Source of the DNA: Idiomarina loihiensis L2TR
GTDB lineage: Bacteria; Pseudomonadota; Gammaproteobacteria; Enterobacterales; Alteromonadaceae
Length of the DNA stretch: 32,000 bases
Assembly (NCBI RefSeq): GCF_000008465.1
Contig: NC_006512.1
Location: forward strand, 270,001 to 302,000
Direction of reading: 5' to 3'
A program made the position numbers and the translations under genes. Shown here piece after piece: positions 28,909-32,000 of the stretch (position 1 is the stretch's first letter; each line of letters starts with the position of its first letter). Below the pieces are notes generated by a model, which worked only from the letters and a program-made list of their open reading frames with translations, searched no databases and had not been told where the DNA came from.

Positions 28909-30537
28909 TTAAAACGGCTTTTTCGCAAAATGAAGCTTTACTTGTCTGACTTCCGCCTCTGGTGGTTCCAGGTAGTATGTTAAAGGAAACTTGTCGCTAT
29001 TACCTTTAATAACAAACTGCTGGTACCAGGCCTCGGGAGCGTCTACTCGGCTAAGTTGTAGCTCTACTGACGGTTTTAAGTCATGAAAAGCTTTGTCGCT
29101 CCAGCGTCCTGATAATCCGGGGTAGTCGGCGTATTGGTCAAGAATATAGTAAGAGCGATCACTGGCTCTTGTTGCAATAATCCAGCCGTCATCTGTTGGG
29201 GTTGCGCTCGCCCGCGCATTTCCTTGTTGAATACTAGTGACGTCTTTGGCTAGAGGAAGAGTTACAGGAATAGGCTCTACCGCAGGCATGTAGTCCATAA
29301 CTGCCGTTATGCTGGATATTTTGCTCAGGTCAGTCTTCTCCCAGCCAAGCGGAACTAAGTAAATGTTCATCTCGCTAGCCCCGGAGTAATTGGGCTCTAT
29401 TGATCTAAGCATCATAGGAATATTGAGCTTATTTCCTTCATTGTCCATTAGAGTCAGGGAGTTAATGGAAGTTAGCCCCCCCATAACCTTGCCTTCGGGT
29501 CCAACAAATTCAAGCTTAAGCTCTAAGCTGTTATCCTTTGGGTTAATGGCGAATGCCGTTTCGGTATGAGCAACAGGGTCACTAACAAAATCAAAATCAG
29601 GCGACTCGCCAGTAGAGCTCATAGACAGCTCATATGAACCGTTATTCTCAGCGAGGAAAGTTGCCATTTCAAAAGGAGCCAGAAAATCATCCGTGGAACC
29701 AATTACCAGTTCGCTTTTTCGCCTTAATACGAGTGTCGTATCAATTTCTTTGGCGGGGGTATCTGTGACGGTTTTCTGAGTTGTAATAAGTACTAAGTTT
29801 TCAATCCAGCCGTCATCGCGGCTAATGCGCATACGGCCGTTAACTTCCGACCATCTTACCTTCAGGTTGGGGTTGTGCCCCATCATTGGCACGGCATCTG
29901 CTGGGGCTTTGGTCTCTCTGGTAATATCAACAGTAATGCTATTCTCATCAATGCTATCAACCTTGAGAACTAACGAGGGGATCCCTTGAAAGCTATTTAG
30001 AGTAACCGATTTCCCTTCAACCATCGGCAGAGCCCAGTTCACAACCGGAGACAGGATAACTTGCTGCAATTGCTCTACTCGTTGCTTGCTCGCTTCCTGG
30101 AGGTTTCTGCTTTCTTGTTTTGCACTTACTGTTGTTTTTCCAGTTTTCCGGTTCATCGTCTGGTCGAAGCCGGACGAAATCAGTTCTCTAACCGGCTTTT
30201 CCAAATTGCGTTTAGGATTTGAGTTGCTGAACTGAACGCTCTCATTAAACGAAAATGTTAGTGCCTGGGGAACGGCGCGGACATTAATATCAGGGTTCAT
30301 CTTGTCTACACGGTAATCTAATATACTATGCAGGGATGCTGTGTCTGCTATTTGCCAGGCCCGGTTGTTTATCTCTAGTATCCGCGTACGCATATCTAAA
30401 CGGTATTGTTCTTCTTTACCGATATCAGTCTCAAAACGGAGAAATTTTGTTTTCTCTGGCAAAAGAGCCGCTATGCTAATTGAAACGATTATAATTCCGA
30501 CAAGAGCTAGAACGATTTTGCGTGACAAAAATTGCAT
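28909..30537 (-). CDS. Hypothetical 542-aa membrane-anchored/secreted protein, no recognisable domain
   Basis: This long ORF dominates all six frames here. I use ATG 30537 (MQFLSRKIVLALVGIIIVSISIAALL...), preceded by AAGGA. The track's 15 extra codons cover that SD. It has a single N-terminal hydrophobic helix with no lipobox Cys. The rest is polar, looks beta-rich, and has no catalytic motif I can name. Confidence 0.6.
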   Translation of the reverse strand: MQFLSRKIVLALVGIIIVSISIAALLPEKTKFLRFETDIGKEEQYRLDMRTRILEINNRAWQIADTASLHSILDYRVDKMNPDINVRAVPQALTFSFNESVQFSNSNPKRNLEKPVRELISSGFDQTMNRKTGKTTVSAKQESRNLQEASKQRVEQLQQVILSPVVNWALPMVEGKSVTLNSFQGIPSLVLKVDSIDENSITVDITRETKAPADAVPMMGHNPNLKVRWSEVNGRMRISRDDGWIENLVLITTQKTVTDTPAKEIDTTLVLRRKSELVIGSTDDFLAPFEMATFLAENNGSYELSMSSTGESPDFDFVSDPVAHTETAFAINPKDNSLELKLEFVGPEGKVMGGLTSINSLTLMDNEGNKLNIPMMLRSIEPNYSGASEMNIYLVPLGWEKTDLSKISSITAVMDYMPAVEPIPVTLPLAKDVTSIQQGNARASATPTDDGWIIATRASDRSYYILDQYADYPGLSGRWSDKAFHDLKPSVELQLSRVDAPEAWYQQFVIKGNSDKFPLTYYLEPPEAEVRQVKLHFAKKPF

Positions 30538-30738
30538 ATGACATCCTTGTTTAATGACTATTTTTATAGAGTAAAAAATCATAACAAATAATAGAGATGG
30601 GATGTGAAACTTTGCGGTTTCGAAGTCTTTATAGAGGCGGTGCTTAGAGACTCCCCAAAAAATAGTGTAGCTATGAAGTCTTGTAAGGGTCGCTCCTAAT
30701 ATCGAGTATCGAACTCTTGTAGCAAGTGTTAGCTACAG

Positions 30739-30798
30739 TTGAACAATATTCTGTACATGTACCAATACCTGTTTTATACTTGTTCAATAAATTGAACA
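30739..30798. promoter_or_regulatory. Candidate yefM-yoeB promoter/operator with palindromes
   Basis: GTACATGTAC (30753-30762) is a perfect 10-bp palindrome containing the TGTACA core. TGTTCAA-TAAA-TTGAACA (30781-30798) has 7-bp inverted arms, with a third TTGAACA copy at 30739-45. All lie within 75 nt upstream of the yefM ATG. TGTACA-core palindromes are the known E. coli YefM-YoeB operator type. Confidence 0.5.
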
Positions 30799-30811
30799 TG
30801 TTGAGGTGTAT

Positions 30812-31066
30812 ATGAGAATAGTCTCTTTTACTGAAGCCCGAAATGGCTTAAAAGCAGTGTTGGACAGCGTAATCAACGATGCTGATACAACGGTTATTAC
30901 CCGTCGTGACTCGGAAGATGCCGTGGTTATGTCTTTAGATTACTACAATAGCCTAATGGAAACGGTTCATTTGCTCCGTTCGCCGGCAAATGCTGAGCAT
31001 TTGAATAAATCTATTGCTCAATACAAAGAAGGGAAAGCCAAAAAGAGAGAGTTATTAGATGAGTAA
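30812..31066 (+). CDS. yefM: Type II antitoxin YefM (Phd/YefM family)
   Basis: MRIVSFTEARNGLKAVLDSV...VVMSLDYYNSLMETVHLLRSPANAEHL is close to collinear with E. coli YefM. I use ATG 30812 after GAGGTG. The track's GTG 30806 adds 2 codons. Confidence 0.9.
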   Translation: MRIVSFTEARNGLKAVLDSVINDADTTVITRRDSEDAVVMSLDYYNSLMETVHLLRSPANAEHLNKSIAQYKEGKAKKRELLDE

Positions 31067-31322
31067 GAGGTTGCTGTCATGGACTGATGAGGCCTGGAAA
31101 GACTATTTATATTGGCAGACTCAAGATAAAAAGACACTTAAACGTATCAACAGATTAGTTGCCGATGTTAAAAGATCGCCGTTCGAAGGTATTGGTAAAC
31201 CTGAGCCGTTAAAAGAAAACCTGGCGGGTTTCTGGTCGCGGCGAATCGATGATACGAATAGACTGGTATACGCAGCCGACGACAGTGCAATTACAATTAT
31301 TTCTTGTCGTTATCACTACTAA
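31059..31322 (+). CDS. yoeB: Type II toxin YoeB (ribosome-dependent mRNA interferase, RelE superfamily)
   Basis: 87 aa. W-x-D-E-x-W-x-DYLYWQ...PFEGIGKPEPLK-x-NL-x-GFWSRRI...RLVY...CRYHY matches E. coli YoeB almost motif for motif. It overlaps yefM by 8 nt. Confidence 0.9.
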   Translation: MSKRLLSWTDEAWKDYLYWQTQDKKTLKRINRLVADVKRSPFEGIGKPEPLKENLAGFWSRRIDDTNRLVYAADDSAITIISCRYHY

Positions 31323-31517
31323 TTAAGCATGCCAAAGCTAGGACGATGTGCAAGAGAGTCGGAAGGCGAAAAAGTGACTGTTAGCAATTGTCAACGAAAT
31401 TGAGTTTAGAGCTAAGTCGCTTGTAAAGAGTTAGCAAAGCCAGGCTCGGCGATGGCTTTTCCGTTGCGGCTTCGCTACTATTCCAAGGCTGCGATCTGAA
31501 CAGAAAGAGGATTGGCT

Positions 31518-32000
31518 GTGCAGTTAGAAAACCTTGCTGAGTGGCTTGAAGGACTTCGGAAGGAAGACGACCTTCTTGTTGGTGAGCTGCATGTGCCCTT
31601 CTTGCAACAAAAAGAATCTATAGAAGTCTGCTTTGTGGGCCAGAAGAGGGCAGTCACGGAGAGTCAGCAGAAGACGCTGCTGGGTTATCTTGAGCAACTT
31701 GATACCATTCATCAGCAGGCCGTGGAACGAATCTTTACTGACTACCAGACAAATGTCGACATCTATCGGAGAGCTTTTCAAGAGTGGGGTGAAGATCCCG
31801 ATGAGCATGCTCCTCTCGTCAATTCTGCTGAAGACTTAGCCCCAGTTATGTTGTATCAGAGCTTATTTATTCCTTCCTGGAAGGATGTAGGGACTTTCGG
31901 CATGGGGTTTTGGGCTAAGTGGGAAGTTGAGCATGGCGTCGGAATAAAATTTGAGAGCTGGCGCCTACTTGAAGCAGGCGAAAACTCTGTTCATTTTTGT
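31518..32000 (+). CDS. Hypothetical protein, 5' 161 codons only (open to the right edge)
   Basis: Missing from the supplied track because it has no stop in the window. GTG 31518 lies 6 nt after AAGAGGA (31505-11), with an in-frame stop at 31497-99 upstream. My translation is VQLENLAEWLEGLRKEDDLLVGELHVPFLQQKESIEVCFVG...SWKDVGTFGMGFWAKWEVEHGVGIKFESWRLLEAGENSVHFC, with no stops. The W-x-x-EHG-[VL]-G-[IV]-x-F ending recalls small immunity-type / DUF families, but I cannot name one with confidence. Confidence 0.5.
   Translation, partial: MQLENLAEWLEGLRKEDDLLVGELHVPFLQQKESIEVCFVGQKRAVTESQQKTLLGYLEQLDTIHQQAVERIFTDYQTNVDIYRRAFQEWGEDPDEHAPLVNSAEDLAPVMLYQSLFIPSWKDVGTFGMGFWAKWEVEHGVGIKFESWRLLEAGENSVHFC

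Noticed and set aside
28713-28928. 71-aa minus-strand ORF bridging the Trp-rich gene and the 542-aa gene
   Set aside because: It overlaps both better-supported neighbours at its ends, has no SD, and has no recognisable similarity. It is probably non-coding spacer.
30538-30582. 15-codon N-terminal extension (MIFYSIKIVIKQGCH) of the 542-aa ORF
   Set aside because: It contains the AAGGA SD for ATG 30537. The signal/anchor helix starts right after the internal Met.
31436-31460. Weak hairpin AAAGCCA-N10-TGGCTTT after yoeB as a terminator
   Set aside because: The stem is only 7 bp and AT-rich at its base. The T-run is part of the stem, not a trailing tract.
31524-31839. Track ORFs 31524..31808 (minus) and 31633..31839 (plus)
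   Set aside because: Both are nested in the longer, SD-preceded, edge-truncated plus-strand frame starting at 31518. Their products are L/R/S-rich and look like shadow ORFs.

Overview
Most of this window is conserved gammaproteobacterial chromosomal backbone. It looks Alteromonadales-like from the protein sequences and E. coli-like synteny blocks, but that is inference only. In order it holds: an aa3-type cytochrome c oxidase cluster (edge-truncated SURF1, a DUF2909-like mini-protein, coxC, ctaG, coxA, coxB with a fused cytochrome c domain); a lexA-sulA SOS operon with two LexA boxes; plsB; ubiC-ubiA; an orphan FliL-like protein; glpE-glpG; kbl-tdh; coaD; an NSS transporter; pckA; a NatAB-like ABC pair; an S9 peptidase; fabR divergent from a delta-9-type desaturase across a perfect FabR-type palindrome; tex; and greB. 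Two places are not ordinary backbone. (i) At 24.2-25.5 kb, a tightly linked pair encodes a ~105-aa protein that seems to consist only of the N- and C-terminal helices of flagellar rod/hook proteins, followed by an HExxH 'SprA-related' protein with no signal peptide. (ii) From ~28.4 kb to the right edge there is a visibly AT-richer accessory islet after greB. It holds a Trp-rich mini-protein, a 542-aa membrane-anchored orphan, yefM-yoeB with operator palindromes, and an edge-truncated ORF missing from the supplied track. I saw no rRNA, tRNA, CRISPR array or IS/transposase by eye. I cannot show that a new system is present. The two loci above are the best candidates, and the second continues beyond the window.
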